Of a stretch of DNA of 64,000 nt, positions 44,466 to 54,732 are shown one piece after another. Below the pieces are notes generated by a model that did no database searches, was not told the origin of the DNA, and saw nothing but the letters and a program-made list of their open reading frames with translations. The stretch is from Candidatus Poribacteria bacterium (GTDB taxonomy: Bacteria > Poribacteria > WGA-4E > PCPOR2b): contig JAJDUM010000055.1 of the NCBI GenBank assembly GCA_022826645.1, positions 399 through 64,398 on the forward strand, in the 5' to 3' direction. The translations under genes were made by a program, and so were the position numbers. Each line of letters opens with the position of its first letter. Position 1 is the first letter of the stretch.

Positions 44466-46694
44466 ATGAGGTTTAATTTGTATCAATCCTCTGAAATCAG
44501 AAGATATCTGTGTGTTTTGAGTTTTATATTCATATTTCCAATCTGTGTAGGTGCTGCCTCCGAACCAATGGAGTACCGAGCCGAGGCATATCGAACTTTC
44601 CAAAGCATTGAAATTGACGGGGATTTCAGTGAAGCAGACTGGCAACATGCCAAACCCATAAACCAGTTTGTCCAAACTGAGCCCGACGAAGGGGTACCAG
44701 TAACCGAATCTACTGAAGTCCGCATCCTTTACGACGAGAAAAACGTCTACTTCGGTTTTACCTGTTCAAGTTCACGTCGTGATCACATTGTCGCCAACGA
44801 AATGCGTCGAGACGCAGAGGGTTTGCGCGAGAACGATAATGTGTTCATCCTGTTGGATACCTACAACGATAAACGTAATGGAGTTTTCTTCCGCATCAAT
44901 CCATTGGGTGCGATGCAGGATATTGCGTTGACGAACAGCGGAGATACCCGAAATACGAGTTGGGATGCTGTATGGGACTGCCGCTCCAAGATTCACGATA
45001 CCCATTGGACTACAGAGATTGCTATCCCTTTCAGTCAACTCCGTTTCAAGAGAACCGATTCGATGGTTTGGGGCGTCAATTTCGGACGAACCCTCCGACG
45101 AAAAAATGAGGAAGCAACGTGGTTCCCCGTATCCAGACAGTATGGCAGTCTGTCGAAATATCGAACTGCTAATCTTGGCAGCCTCGTTGGTTTAGCGGGC
45201 ATCACTCCGTCAAGGCGTCTTGAATTTCTGCCTTATGTTTTACCGGGGATGAGTCGAATTGAAGAAGATGCGAGCACCGATGGGGTATTCGACGCTGGCT
45301 TGGATGTCAAGTACGGTCTAACGTCGAACCTCACCGCAGATCTGACGCTTAATACCGACTTTGCCCAAGTTGAAGCGGATCAAGAACAGGTCAACTTGTC
45401 GCGCTTTAGCTTATACTTTCCGGAGAAGCGTCCCTTCTTCTTGGAAGGGGCGGGAATGTTTGATTTTGGTATTCCCAGTCCGACTTTCTTTGCTCCTCCT
45501 CCGTTGATTCTGTTTTATAGTCGTCGCATCGGTCTTGAAGAAGGCTACGCCATCCCGATCATTGGTGGGGGTAAGATTACTGGGAAAGTGGGACCTTACG
45601 GGGTTGGTCTGTTGAATGTGGCGACAGATGAATTTCACACCGATCCAGCGGATACGGATGAAGATGATATGGTCGATCTGTCGAGGACAAACTACTCCGT
45701 GCTGCGTGTCAGGCGGGATCTCTTTAGTGGCTCCAGCATTGGAGCGATTGCGATTAATAAACAGGATACGGATACCTATAATCGCGCGGGTGGCTTGGAT
45801 TTCGCGTATCGTCCAAACGACAGCATTGATGTGCGTGGACTTTGGGCGCAGACTTATGAAAAAGATGTCTCTGACGAAAACGATGCGATGTACTTTGGCG
45901 GTACTTGGCGCAACAGCTTACTGCGATTCAACGGCGCATATACCTTCATTGGAGAGGATTTCAACCCCGAAGTTGGATTCGTCCGCCGTCAGGGTAGTAG
46001 ACGACTTCGTGGGCAGATACGTTTCACCCCGTGGCCCAGAAAATTCGGTGTTCGGCGCATCTTCATGGGACCGGACGTTGACTATATTCTCAACCAAGAT
46101 GATGAGTTGGAAACGCGAGAATTTTCACTCACCAATTGGATTCAACTTGAACAGGGGAATTGGATCAATCTTGAAATCCGGCGAACCTCTGAATTCCTCG
46201 ACGAGGACTTTGAAATCCGTGACGACGTTATCATACCGGTCGGCGATTATGATTTGACCTCCATCAGAACTATGATTGATATGGATGAGGGACGAAAAAT
46301 TTCGGGCGGATTCGGGGCAAATTACGGCACCTTCTTCAAGGGAACGAGGCGCGGTTTTGATGTCCGAGCGAACTTCAAACCGAGCGGACGCCTCGCTTTT
46401 GAAACACGATACCAATTTAACCGGGTGAATCTACCGAACGAAACCCCGTTCAATGTGAATGTTTTCGGGAGTCGCATTGTCTATTCTTTTGCTACAACGC
46501 TCTATGCGAAGTTGTTTGCGCAATGGAACAGCGACGATGAGGTGATCTCCACCAACTTTCTGCTCAACTACATCTACCGTCCCGGCAGCGATTTCTACCT
46601 CGTTTTCAACCAGGTCTATGATAGTGATGGTACAAACACAGCGCTTGAGGAATCGACGGTTGTAGCAAAGATGACTTATTGGTGGAACCCGTAA
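44466..46694 (+). CDS. CBM9-like / DUF5916 domain outer-membrane-type protein (paralog 1)
   Basis: Signal peptide; IEIDGDFSEADWQHA...TEVRILYDEKNVYFGFTC (CBM9-like); TDFAQVEADQEQVNLSRFSLYFPEKRPFFLEGAG (DUF5916 core); C-terminus ...MTYWWNP. Confidence 0.8.
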   Translation: MRFNLYQSSEIRRYLCVLSFIFIFPICVGAASEPMEYRAEAYRTFQSIEIDGDFSEADWQHAKPINQFVQTEPDEGVPVTESTEVRILYDEKNVYFGFTCSSSRRDHIVANEMRRDAEGLRENDNVFILLDTYNDKRNGVFFRINPLGAMQDIALTNSGDTRNTSWDAVWDCRSKIHDTHWTTEIAIPFSQLRFKRTDSMVWGVNFGRTLRRKNEEATWFPVSRQYGSLSKYRTANLGSLVGLAGITPSRRLEFLPYVLPGMSRIEEDASTDGVFDAGLDVKYGLTSNLTADLTLNTDFAQVEADQEQVNLSRFSLYFPEKRPFFLEGAGMFDFGIPSPTFFAPPPLILFYSRRIGLEEGYAIPIIGGGKITGKVGPYGVGLLNVATDEFHTDPADTDEDDMVDLSRTNYSVLRVRRDLFSGSSIGAIAINKQDTDTYNRAGGLDFAYRPNDSIDVRGLWAQTYEKDVSDENDAMYFGGTWRNSLLRFNGAYTFIGEDFNPEVGFVRRQGSRRLRGQIRFTPWPRKFGVRRIFMGPDVDYILNQDDELETREFSLTNWIQLEQGNWINLEIRRTSEFLDEDFEIRDDVIIPVGDYDLTSIRTMIDMDEGRKISGGFGANYGTFFKGTRRGFDVRANFKPSGRLAFETRYQFNRVNLPNETPFNVNVFGSRIVYSFATTLYAKLFAQWNSDDEVISTNFLLNYIYRPGSDFYLVFNQVYDSDGTNTALEESTVVAKMTYWWNP

Positions 46695-46746
46695 CGCGTG
46701 AAATATGGTACATCTTGTGATATTGCTTTCTAAAAGGAGGTCATCT

Positions 46747-48984
46747 ATGATTTGCCATCTCAACAGAGTGCCCACAACGTCGTGGTGCGGCAAATCTCTT
46801 TTTATTCTGTCTATGTACTATCTTCTGTTGCCGCTCATCGCGAGTGCCGATTCTGGGGCTGTAGAAACCCAAGCCGAGGCGTACCGGACTTACCAGAGTA
46901 TTGAGATCGATGGAGAGTTCAACGAGGAAGACTGGCAGAACGCAAAGACCATCACTCAATTCATCCAGTATGAACCTGTTGAGGGAGAACTGATCTCGCA
47001 ACCCACAGAGGTACGGATTCTTTATGATGCTAACGAGATCTACTTCGGGTTTACCTGTTTTGACAGCGATATGTCCAAAATGGTCGCCAACGAGATGCGC
47101 CGCGATGGCAGCGGTCAGGACGGGTTGCGTGAAAACGACCATGTTTCTATCCTTCTGGATACTTATAACGACCGGCGCAACGGATTTTTCTTCCGCGTCA
47201 ATCCGTTAGGAGCGATGGAAGACATGGCCTTAATAAACAGCGGAGAGAGCCGGAATCAGGCTTGGGATGCGATCTGGACATGTGGCACCAAGGTCAATGA
47301 CGATCATTGGACCGCAGAGATTGGTATTCCTTTCAGCCAACTCCGTTTCAGTAAGAGCGATGAGATGACTTGGGGGATGAATTTGGGACGGAGCCTCATG
47401 CGAAACCAAGAGGACGCAACGTGGGCACCGCTTTCCAAAGCACATGGGTTCTTTGCGAGATACCGCACCGATGTCATCGGTAATTTAGTCGGCCTGAAAG
47501 GGATTACTCCTCCTCGGAACTTGGAACTGTTGCCTTATGTCTTGCCGGGGGCGAATCGTATTGAGGAAGAAGATAAGACCGATGGGGTATTCGATGTCGG
47601 GTTGGATCTTAAGTATGGCATTACCTCCAATCTCACAGCGGATGTGACGTATAACACCGATTTTGCGCAGGTCGAGGCGGATCAGGAGCAGGTCAACCTT
47701 ACCCGCTTCAGCCTGTTTTTCCCGGAGAAACGACCGTTTTTCTTGGAGGGTGCAGGACTGTTCGATTTCGGCATCCCACGCACCAGTTTCCGCCGACCAC
47801 CTCCTTTGCTCCTGTTTTATAGTCGCCGTATTGGTTTGGCTGAAGGACGTGCTGTCCCGATTATCGGTGGGGCTAAGATTACAGGCAAAGCAGGACCTTA
47901 CGGCATCGGTTTGCTGAATGTGTTGACAAATGAATTTTACGATGAGAGCGATCCGGAGGAGATTATCGATGTACCGCGTACCAACTATTCTGTGTTGAGG
48001 TTGACGCGGGACCTTTTCAGTGGTTCACGCATCGGGTTAATCGGCATCAACAAGCAAGACGTCGACGACTACAATCGAGCAACTGGACTTGACTTCACGT
48101 ATCGCCCAAGCGATAGCCTTGATATGCGTGGTCTCTGGGCTCGCACGTTTGAAGCGGATGTTTCCGATGACAATAACGCCTTATACCTTGGCAGCACTTG
48201 GCGGAACCGGGATTTTCGCGTGGAGGGCTCATATACGGACATCGATGAAAACTTTAACCCTGATGCCGGATTTATCCGGCGAGAGGGAATCCGTCGAATC
48301 AACGGTCAAATGCGTTATAGCCCACGGCTTGGCAAGTTTAAGATTCGCCAAATCTATACCGGACCGGAGTTTGATTTTATCCTCAATCAAAACAACGAGT
48401 TAGAAACTCAAGAAATCACACTGACCAACTATTTTCGGTTTGAAAGCGGAAGCTACATTGGTTTCCTACCTAAACGAACTGTAGAACACCTCGACGAGGA
48501 TTTTGAAATCCGCGATGGGATTATCATCCCTCAGGGCGAATACACCTTTACTGAAATAATGATTAGGGGTTCTACCGATGATACGAAAGCGCTTACAGGG
48601 CAGTATAGTATGAATTTTGGAAACTTTTACAATGGAAGTAAGTGGGGCTTCACCCTCAATGCTGGTTTCAAGCCGAATGGGCGTCTCAATGTTGAGCCTA
48701 TATTTCAATTTAACCGCGTAACGCTTCCCGGCGACGCATTCAATGCGAGCATTTTTGGCGCTCGTGTGGGCTACTCCTTTTCGACAACGCTTTTTGCAAA
48801 GATATTCGCCCAATGGAACAGCGATGACGACATAATCGCCACCAACTTTCTGCTCAATTACATCTACCGTCCCGGCAGCGATTTCTACCTTGTTTTCAAC
48901 CAGATTTATGATAGTGGTGGTACAAACACAGCACTTGAGGAATCGACAGTTGTCGCAAAAATGACCTACTGGTGGAACCCGTAA
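46747..48984 (+). CDS. CBM9-like / DUF5916 protein (paralog 2)
   Basis: AAGGAGG ribosome-binding site 6 nt before ATG 46747; same motif set as paralog 1. Confidence 0.8.
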   Translation: MICHLNRVPTTSWCGKSLFILSMYYLLLPLIASADSGAVETQAEAYRTYQSIEIDGEFNEEDWQNAKTITQFIQYEPVEGELISQPTEVRILYDANEIYFGFTCFDSDMSKMVANEMRRDGSGQDGLRENDHVSILLDTYNDRRNGFFFRVNPLGAMEDMALINSGESRNQAWDAIWTCGTKVNDDHWTAEIGIPFSQLRFSKSDEMTWGMNLGRSLMRNQEDATWAPLSKAHGFFARYRTDVIGNLVGLKGITPPRNLELLPYVLPGANRIEEEDKTDGVFDVGLDLKYGITSNLTADVTYNTDFAQVEADQEQVNLTRFSLFFPEKRPFFLEGAGLFDFGIPRTSFRRPPPLLLFYSRRIGLAEGRAVPIIGGAKITGKAGPYGIGLLNVLTNEFYDESDPEEIIDVPRTNYSVLRLTRDLFSGSRIGLIGINKQDVDDYNRATGLDFTYRPSDSLDMRGLWARTFEADVSDDNNALYLGSTWRNRDFRVEGSYTDIDENFNPDAGFIRREGIRRINGQMRYSPRLGKFKIRQIYTGPEFDFILNQNNELETQEITLTNYFRFESGSYIGFLPKRTVEHLDEDFEIRDGIIIPQGEYTFTEIMIRGSTDDTKALTGQYSMNFGNFYNGSKWGFTLNAGFKPNGRLNVEPIFQFNRVTLPGDAFNASIFGARVGYSFSTTLFAKIFAQWNSDDDIIATNFLLNYIYRPGSDFYLVFNQIYDSGGTNTALEESTVVAKMTYWWNP

Positions 48985-49109
48985 ATGTGAAGCGCATGAT
49001 CAATGTGCTACCTTCCGAGCAAACGACTTGAAACGACTGGTATACTCGCATGAACACAGATCCCTGACCTTAGAATCCATTCTGGAGCCATTTTGAAAGG
49101 AGACCGTTT

Positions 49110-51362
49110 GTGATTTATCATCTCAATTTTTGGTGTCAGTTTTCAAGTGGTAGCATTCTACAATACGGAAGATGTCTTCTTCTGTTGGCTATCTGCTATC
49201 TGCTATTTCCGCTCACGGTGAATGCTGATCTTGGTCCCGTAGAGTACAAGATTGAAGCATACCGAACGTTTCAGAGCATTGAGGTTGATGGTGATTTCAA
49301 TGAATCTGATTGGCAGCAGGCGAGTCCAATTAATCAGTTTTTCCAAATTGAGCCTGATGAAGGTAAATCAATAAGCGAACCAACGGAAGTTCGCATCCTG
49401 TACGATGACAAAAACATCTACTTTGGTTTTACCTGCTTTGAATCAGATATGTCCAAGCTGGTTGCCAACGACATGCGCCATGACGCACAAGATCTGCATG
49501 AAAACGACAACGTCTTTCTGATTCTGGATACTTATAACGACAAGCGGAATGGATTCGCCTTCCGTATCAACCCTTTGGGAGCGTATCAGGACAGAGCCTT
49601 AACGAACGGTGGGGATAGCTTGAATCGGAGTTGGGATGTAGTCGTTGAATGTCAAGCTAAGGTTAATTCAGATCACTGGACAGCTGAATTCGGTATTCCG
49701 TTCAGCCAACTCCGCTTCGACAAAAACGATCAGATGACTTGGGGTATGAATGTGGGACGGGGAGTCCGCAAGAACAATGAGGAGGCGATATGGGTGCCGG
49801 TGCCTCGGCAGTATGGGGGGATGGCGAAATACCGTCTCGGTAATCTCGGCAGCCTTACCGGTTTAGAAGGGATTGCTCCATCTCGGCGCTTGGAACTGCT
49901 GCCTTATGTTTTGCCGGGGATGAGCCGAACGGAAGGAAATACCGCTGATACGGATGGGGTGTTCGATATCGGTTTGGATCTCAAGTACGGGATTAACTCA
50001 AACCTTACCACTGACCTAACCTTTAATACCGACTTTGCACAGGTCGAAGCTGACGAAGAGCAGGTCAACCTCAGTCGTTTTAGCCTATTCTTTCCTGAGA
50101 AACGTCCCTTTTTCTTAGAAGGGGCGGGATTGTTTGATTTCGGCATTGGTCGCTCCAGCTTCCGCCGTCCACCGCCGCTGCTTCTGTTTTATAGTCGTCG
50201 TATCGGTCTTGAAGAGGGACGCTCCATCCCGATTATCACTGGTGGTAAGATCACCGGCAAAATGGGACCTTATGGCGTCGGTATGCTAAACGTGCTGACG
50301 AACGAATTTCTTGATGAGACGGATCCAGATGAGATTGTTGATGTGCCCCGCACCAATTACTCCGTGCTAAGGTTGACGCGAGATCTTTTCAGCGGTTCAC
50401 GCGTCGGGTTAATTGGTATAAATAAGCAGGATGGAGATGCCTACAATCGCGCTGGTGGGTTGGACTTCACATACCGTCCGGTAGACAATTTTGATGTGCG
50501 TGGGTTGTGGGCGCGCACTGCTGATTCGGACGAGGATGATGGGACTGGCAATGCGTGGTATGTCGGCAGCACTTGGCGAAATGATAAGCTTCGATTGGGC
50601 GGATCATATACCGATATTGGTGAGGATTTTAACCCCAAAGTGGGATACATCCGACGGAAGGGTGTGCGCCAAATCCGGAGCGACGTGCGCTATACCCCTT
50701 GGCCCAGGAGATTTGGGATTCGGCGCATTTGGACAGGACCTGAATTCGACCTTGTCCTCAACCAGAACGGTGACTTAGAGACCCGATCCATCCGGTTCAG
50801 TAACTGGTTTGAACTGGAAAAAGGTGGTCGCCTGCAAGTTGAGATTCGGCAGACTGCTGAGCACCTCGACGAGGATTTTGAAATCCGAGATGACGTCATC
50901 ATACCCATTGATGAGTATAGTTTTACATCTGTAAGGGCAGGGGTTCAGACCGATGAAAGTAAAATGATTGCTATGGAGTTTGATGTGGATTTTGGTGAGT
51001 TCTACAACGGTGATAGGCGAGGGTTTGACATTGGAGGAACGTTCAAACCGAGTGGACGTTTTGCCCTTGAATCTCAGTATCAATTTAACCGAGTGTCTCT
51101 TCCCGGAGAAGACCCCTTCAATGTGAATGTGTTTGGAGGTCGCTTCGCCTATTCCTTCTCGACCCAACTCTTTGCGAAATTGTTTGCCCAATGGAACAGC
51201 AGCGACGAGGTGATATCCACCAACTTCCTGCTCAACTACATCTATCGTCCGGGTAGCGACTTCTACCTTGTTTTCAACCAGATTTATGATGGTAACGGTG
51301 GAGGAATCAGTCTTGAGGAATCCACACTTGTTGGAAAGCTAACGTATTGGTGGAATCCGTAA
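49110..51362 (+). CDS. CBM9-like / DUF5916 protein (paralog 3; GTG start)
   Basis: AAAGGAG ribosome-binding site upstream; N-terminus (V)IYHLN... parallels MICHLN... of paralog 2; same motif set. Confidence 0.8.
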   Translation: MIYHLNFWCQFSSGSILQYGRCLLLLAICYLLFPLTVNADLGPVEYKIEAYRTFQSIEVDGDFNESDWQQASPINQFFQIEPDEGKSISEPTEVRILYDDKNIYFGFTCFESDMSKLVANDMRHDAQDLHENDNVFLILDTYNDKRNGFAFRINPLGAYQDRALTNGGDSLNRSWDVVVECQAKVNSDHWTAEFGIPFSQLRFDKNDQMTWGMNVGRGVRKNNEEAIWVPVPRQYGGMAKYRLGNLGSLTGLEGIAPSRRLELLPYVLPGMSRTEGNTADTDGVFDIGLDLKYGINSNLTTDLTFNTDFAQVEADEEQVNLSRFSLFFPEKRPFFLEGAGLFDFGIGRSSFRRPPPLLLFYSRRIGLEEGRSIPIITGGKITGKMGPYGVGMLNVLTNEFLDETDPDEIVDVPRTNYSVLRLTRDLFSGSRVGLIGINKQDGDAYNRAGGLDFTYRPVDNFDVRGLWARTADSDEDDGTGNAWYVGSTWRNDKLRLGGSYTDIGEDFNPKVGYIRRKGVRQIRSDVRYTPWPRRFGIRRIWTGPEFDLVLNQNGDLETRSIRFSNWFELEKGGRLQVEIRQTAEHLDEDFEIRDDVIIPIDEYSFTSVRAGVQTDESKMIAMEFDVDFGEFYNGDRRGFDIGGTFKPSGRFALESQYQFNRVSLPGEDPFNVNVFGGRFAYSFSTQLFAKLFAQWNSSDEVISTNFLLNYIYRPGSDFYLVFNQIYDGNGGGISLEESTLVGKLTYWWNP

Positions 51363-51426
51363 ATTCAGTATATTGGACGATTAAGGAACGAGTGTACTGA
51401 CATATTTCCGGAAAGGAGCGTTTCCC

Positions 51427-52362
51427 ATGAGTCAAGAGACTGTTTGGTTACTTTCAGAAGAGGGCATCTTAGACTTCAACGGCGAGCCGATTAACGATGT
51501 TCCATTTCAGCCTGCATCGGTCATTGCAGGGGATGCGGGGCACGATCGGTTATCCGTGATTGTCAACAACCAGGACGTGTGGACGTATGCTTCGGGGCTG
51601 TGGGATCAGCAGATATTAGCGGATGTCACGCTGAACTGCATTTGCTGGACACCCGATAATCGGCTACTCGTGGGCACAGAATGTGCTCGGCTCGCGTGGG
51701 TCGCCGATGGTGAACTGGATTTTATCGACAGTTTTGACGCAGTGCCAGGACGCAAACTTTGGAAGACACCGTGGGGAGGTCCCCCGGATGTGCGCTCTTT
51801 GGCGGTCTCCGCGGATGGAACCATCTACGCAAACATCCATGTCGGTTGGATTGTTCGCTCTTGCGATGGTGGGGAAACGTGGGAAAACCTTCAGGAAGGA
51901 TTGGAGATGGACGTGCATCAGGTCTCCACTCACCCGTCCGATCCAGCGATCGTCTTTGCCGCGACCGCAAGGGGATTCTATCTGAGTCGAGATTATGGCG
52001 ATACGTTTATGCACCAGCGAAATGGCATGCCTTACTACTATCAACGAGCGTGTACCTGCTTTCCTGAGAGTGACGTCTACTTAGTTTCTACATCGCGGGG
52101 TCCCCACAGCAGGGTAGATGCCCAACTCTATAGAAGCGAGGACGCGGGTGAAAATTGGGCGTTGGTCAATGGCCTGCCGAAACAGATCGGTGAGAATATT
52201 GACACCTTTCAGATTATTACGGTTGACGGAGCGAAGGCGTTAGTTGTCGTGGACGACACCACCCTATACCAAACAGATGATTTAGGGCTAAACTGGCAGA
52301 AGGTCGCCGATTATCCGAGGTTGTTTGGCGGACTTGTGGTACAAATGCCGCAAGCAGCGTAA
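51427..52362 (+). CDS. BNR/Asp-box repeat beta-propeller protein (no signal peptide seen)
   Basis: Asp-box motifs SCDGGETW, SRDYGDTF, SEDAGENW, TDDLGLNW. Confidence 0.7.
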   Translation: MSQETVWLLSEEGILDFNGEPINDVPFQPASVIAGDAGHDRLSVIVNNQDVWTYASGLWDQQILADVTLNCICWTPDNRLLVGTECARLAWVADGELDFIDSFDAVPGRKLWKTPWGGPPDVRSLAVSADGTIYANIHVGWIVRSCDGGETWENLQEGLEMDVHQVSTHPSDPAIVFAATARGFYLSRDYGDTFMHQRNGMPYYYQRACTCFPESDVYLVSTSRGPHSRVDAQLYRSEDAGENWALVNGLPKQIGENIDTFQIITVDGAKALVVVDDTTLYQTDDLGLNWQKVADYPRLFGGLVVQMPQAA

Positions 52363-52420
52363 GATTCAGTTTTCTGCTGTTTAGCAATCACACATCCACC
52401 CGTAGGAGAAATTAGTACCA

Positions 52421-54730
52421 TTGGCACATCAAGAGATATTAGATACGTTGTCTCCCTCAATGGAAGCAGCTTTGCGGGAGGCAGACATTCCTTTAGACAA
52501 AGTGCGGTTCGCGGCGCAGAGCGATCTCAATCCCGACGGGCTGTTCGGTGAAAGTTGGTTCGTCCTGACCGATGTGGAGGTTTTGGCACTTGATACAGAA
52601 GGCGCTGTCCTCCACCGTGTGCCGTACGGCGAAGTGGTAGAGGTGCGTTCAGAGGCGGTTGTTGACGGCGGGATTCTCGTTTTAGAGATGATGGGCGATA
52701 CCTTAGATCTCATCCGTTACTCAAACGGCCTGATGCCGAAGTTCGGGTATATAGCGAAATTTCTCAGCGAAGAGATTGAGCATCGTCAGGGGAAACGCGA
52801 CGAAGCGCCAATATGGGAGTACGAAGAGGAGCAGAAGTTCTGCCAGACGTGTGGCTTGCCCCTGCCTGATATGTTTTTGCCGTGTCCAGCGTGCACCAAA
52901 AAGCATCGGGTCATGTTGCGGGTCCTCTCTTATCTCAAACCGCATAAGGCGCGCGCGGCTGTGGTAGCGCTTCTCATGCTTATCTCGACACTAATTGCAC
53001 TCGTGCCTCCCTATTTTACGCGCATCCTTATTGACGATGTCCTGAAGCTAAACGAAGATCTCGCAGCAGCACAAAGTCTAGCGACAACGGCGATAGGTCG
53101 AATCTTCCGGTCGTTCGAGACGGCAACGCTTGCGTTGGGGATTGCCATGGTGTGTCTAGTGGCAGCGCATATTCTCACCCATATCCTTGACATTTTTCGT
53201 GGGCGTTTAGCCGCTTGGTTGACCTTCCGCATGACAGCGGACATCCGCGATCAGATCTACGAACGACTACACGGGCTTTCCCTTCGGTTCTTCGATAAAC
53301 GCAAGACTGGGACAGTTATCTCCCACATCACCGAAGACAGTACGCGTCTTCAGTGGTTTCTGTTGGATGGGCTTCAATTCCTTGTTATCGACGTGCTGAT
53401 GCTTTTTGGAATCGGTGCTTTCTTGTTCTCGATGAACTGGCAATTGGCGTGCTTTATCCTAATTCCTATTCCGCTGGTTGTCCTCGGCGCGCGATGGTTT
53501 TGGAAGAAGGTTCGTGGACTGTGGCATCGGGCGTGGCGGCGAAGATCGAAGTTGTACGACATTGTGAACGATTCTGTCTCCGGTATTCGCGTTGTTCGAG
53601 CGTTTGGTCAGCAGCGGAGTGAGGTGGGACGATTTTCCGATACGAACGAGGATGCCCGGAATTACGATACGGTTGCCGAGAAGGTCTGGGCAACCTACTA
53701 TCCCCTACTGGGGTTTTCCGTTCAGTTGGGGACGCTTATCGTCTGGTACGCCGGTGGTCTGCAGATCATCACGGGTGATATGACCTTTGGTACGTTGATG
53801 GCGTTCCATAGTTACTTGGCAATGTTCTACGGTCCGTTACGGCATCTGAGCCCAATGGTTAACTGGGCATCGCGAGCGATGACCGCGGCAGAACGAATTT
53901 TTGAGGTGATTGACTCCGAGCCAGAGCAGTCAGATGACAGTGCTCTCATCTCGAAATCGGAACTCCAAGGAGAGGTCAAATTTCACAATATGACCTTCGG
54001 CTATGATTCGCATAAGCCTGTTCTCCGAGATATCAACCTCCATGTTAAGCCGGGCGAGATGATCGGCTTAGTTGGGCATTCTGGGGCAGGAAAATCGACG
54101 CTGATTAACCTGATTTGCCGGTTTTACATACCGGATTCGGGGAGTATTACCATTGATGGCGTAGATATAACGGAGATTCGCCCTGAGGACCTACGGCAGC
54201 AGATTGGTGTCGTGCTCCAGGAACCGTACTTATTCAATGGGACCATTGCAGAAAACATCGCCTACGCAAAGCCGGGAGCCGGGATGGAGGCGGTTATTGC
54301 TTCCGCGAAAGCTGCCAACGCTCATGAGTTCATCGTGAAGTTTCCCGATGGATACGACACAGAAGTTGGTGAACGGGGTGGCAGATTGTCCGGTGGGGAA
54401 CGGCAGCGCATATCAATTGCGCGGGCAATCCTGCATAACCCACGTATTCTAATTCTTGATGAAGCAACTTCGTCCGTTGACGTTCAGACGGAACGCAAAA
54501 TCCAGCAGGCGATTGACCGACTTGTGCAGAACCGAACCACTTTTGCCATTGCGCATCGGTTATCGACGCTGCGAAATGCAGATCGCCTCTTCGTCATAGA
54601 TAAAGGGCGTGGTGTCGAGTGTGGGTCCCATGAAGAATTGATGGAGAAGAAAGGGATTTACTACAATCTCGTTGAGACACAACGACAAGCTTCCGAGATT
54701 CGCTCAGAAGCGCAGGCTGTCGAGAGCTGA
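52421..54730 (+). CDS. ABC exporter (fused TMD-NBD) with an N-terminal PH-like domain and zinc ribbon
   Basis: Walker A GHSGAGKST; signature LSGGERQR; Walker B ILILDEATS. N-terminal ~165 aa: ...ESWFVLTDVEVLALD... (bPH-like), then CQTCGLPLPDMFLPCPAC. Confidence 0.9.
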   Translation: MAHQEILDTLSPSMEAALREADIPLDKVRFAAQSDLNPDGLFGESWFVLTDVEVLALDTEGAVLHRVPYGEVVEVRSEAVVDGGILVLEMMGDTLDLIRYSNGLMPKFGYIAKFLSEEIEHRQGKRDEAPIWEYEEEQKFCQTCGLPLPDMFLPCPACTKKHRVMLRVLSYLKPHKARAAVVALLMLISTLIALVPPYFTRILIDDVLKLNEDLAAAQSLATTAIGRIFRSFETATLALGIAMVCLVAAHILTHILDIFRGRLAAWLTFRMTADIRDQIYERLHGLSLRFFDKRKTGTVISHITEDSTRLQWFLLDGLQFLVIDVLMLFGIGAFLFSMNWQLACFILIPIPLVVLGARWFWKKVRGLWHRAWRRRSKLYDIVNDSVSGIRVVRAFGQQRSEVGRFSDTNEDARNYDTVAEKVWATYYPLLGFSVQLGTLIVWYAGGLQIITGDMTFGTLMAFHSYLAMFYGPLRHLSPMVNWASRAMTAAERIFEVIDSEPEQSDDSALISKSELQGEVKFHNMTFGYDSHKPVLRDINLHVKPGEMIGLVGHSGAGKSTLINLICRFYIPDSGSITIDGVDITEIRPEDLRQQIGVVLQEPYLFNGTIAENIAYAKPGAGMEAVIASAKAANAHEFIVKFPDGYDTEVGERGGRLSGGERQRISIARAILHNPRILILDEATSSVDVQTERKIQQAIDRLVQNRTTFAIAHRLSTLRNADRLFVIDKGRGVECGSHEELMEKKGIYYNLVETQRQASEIRSEAQAVES

Positions 54731-54732
54731 AC

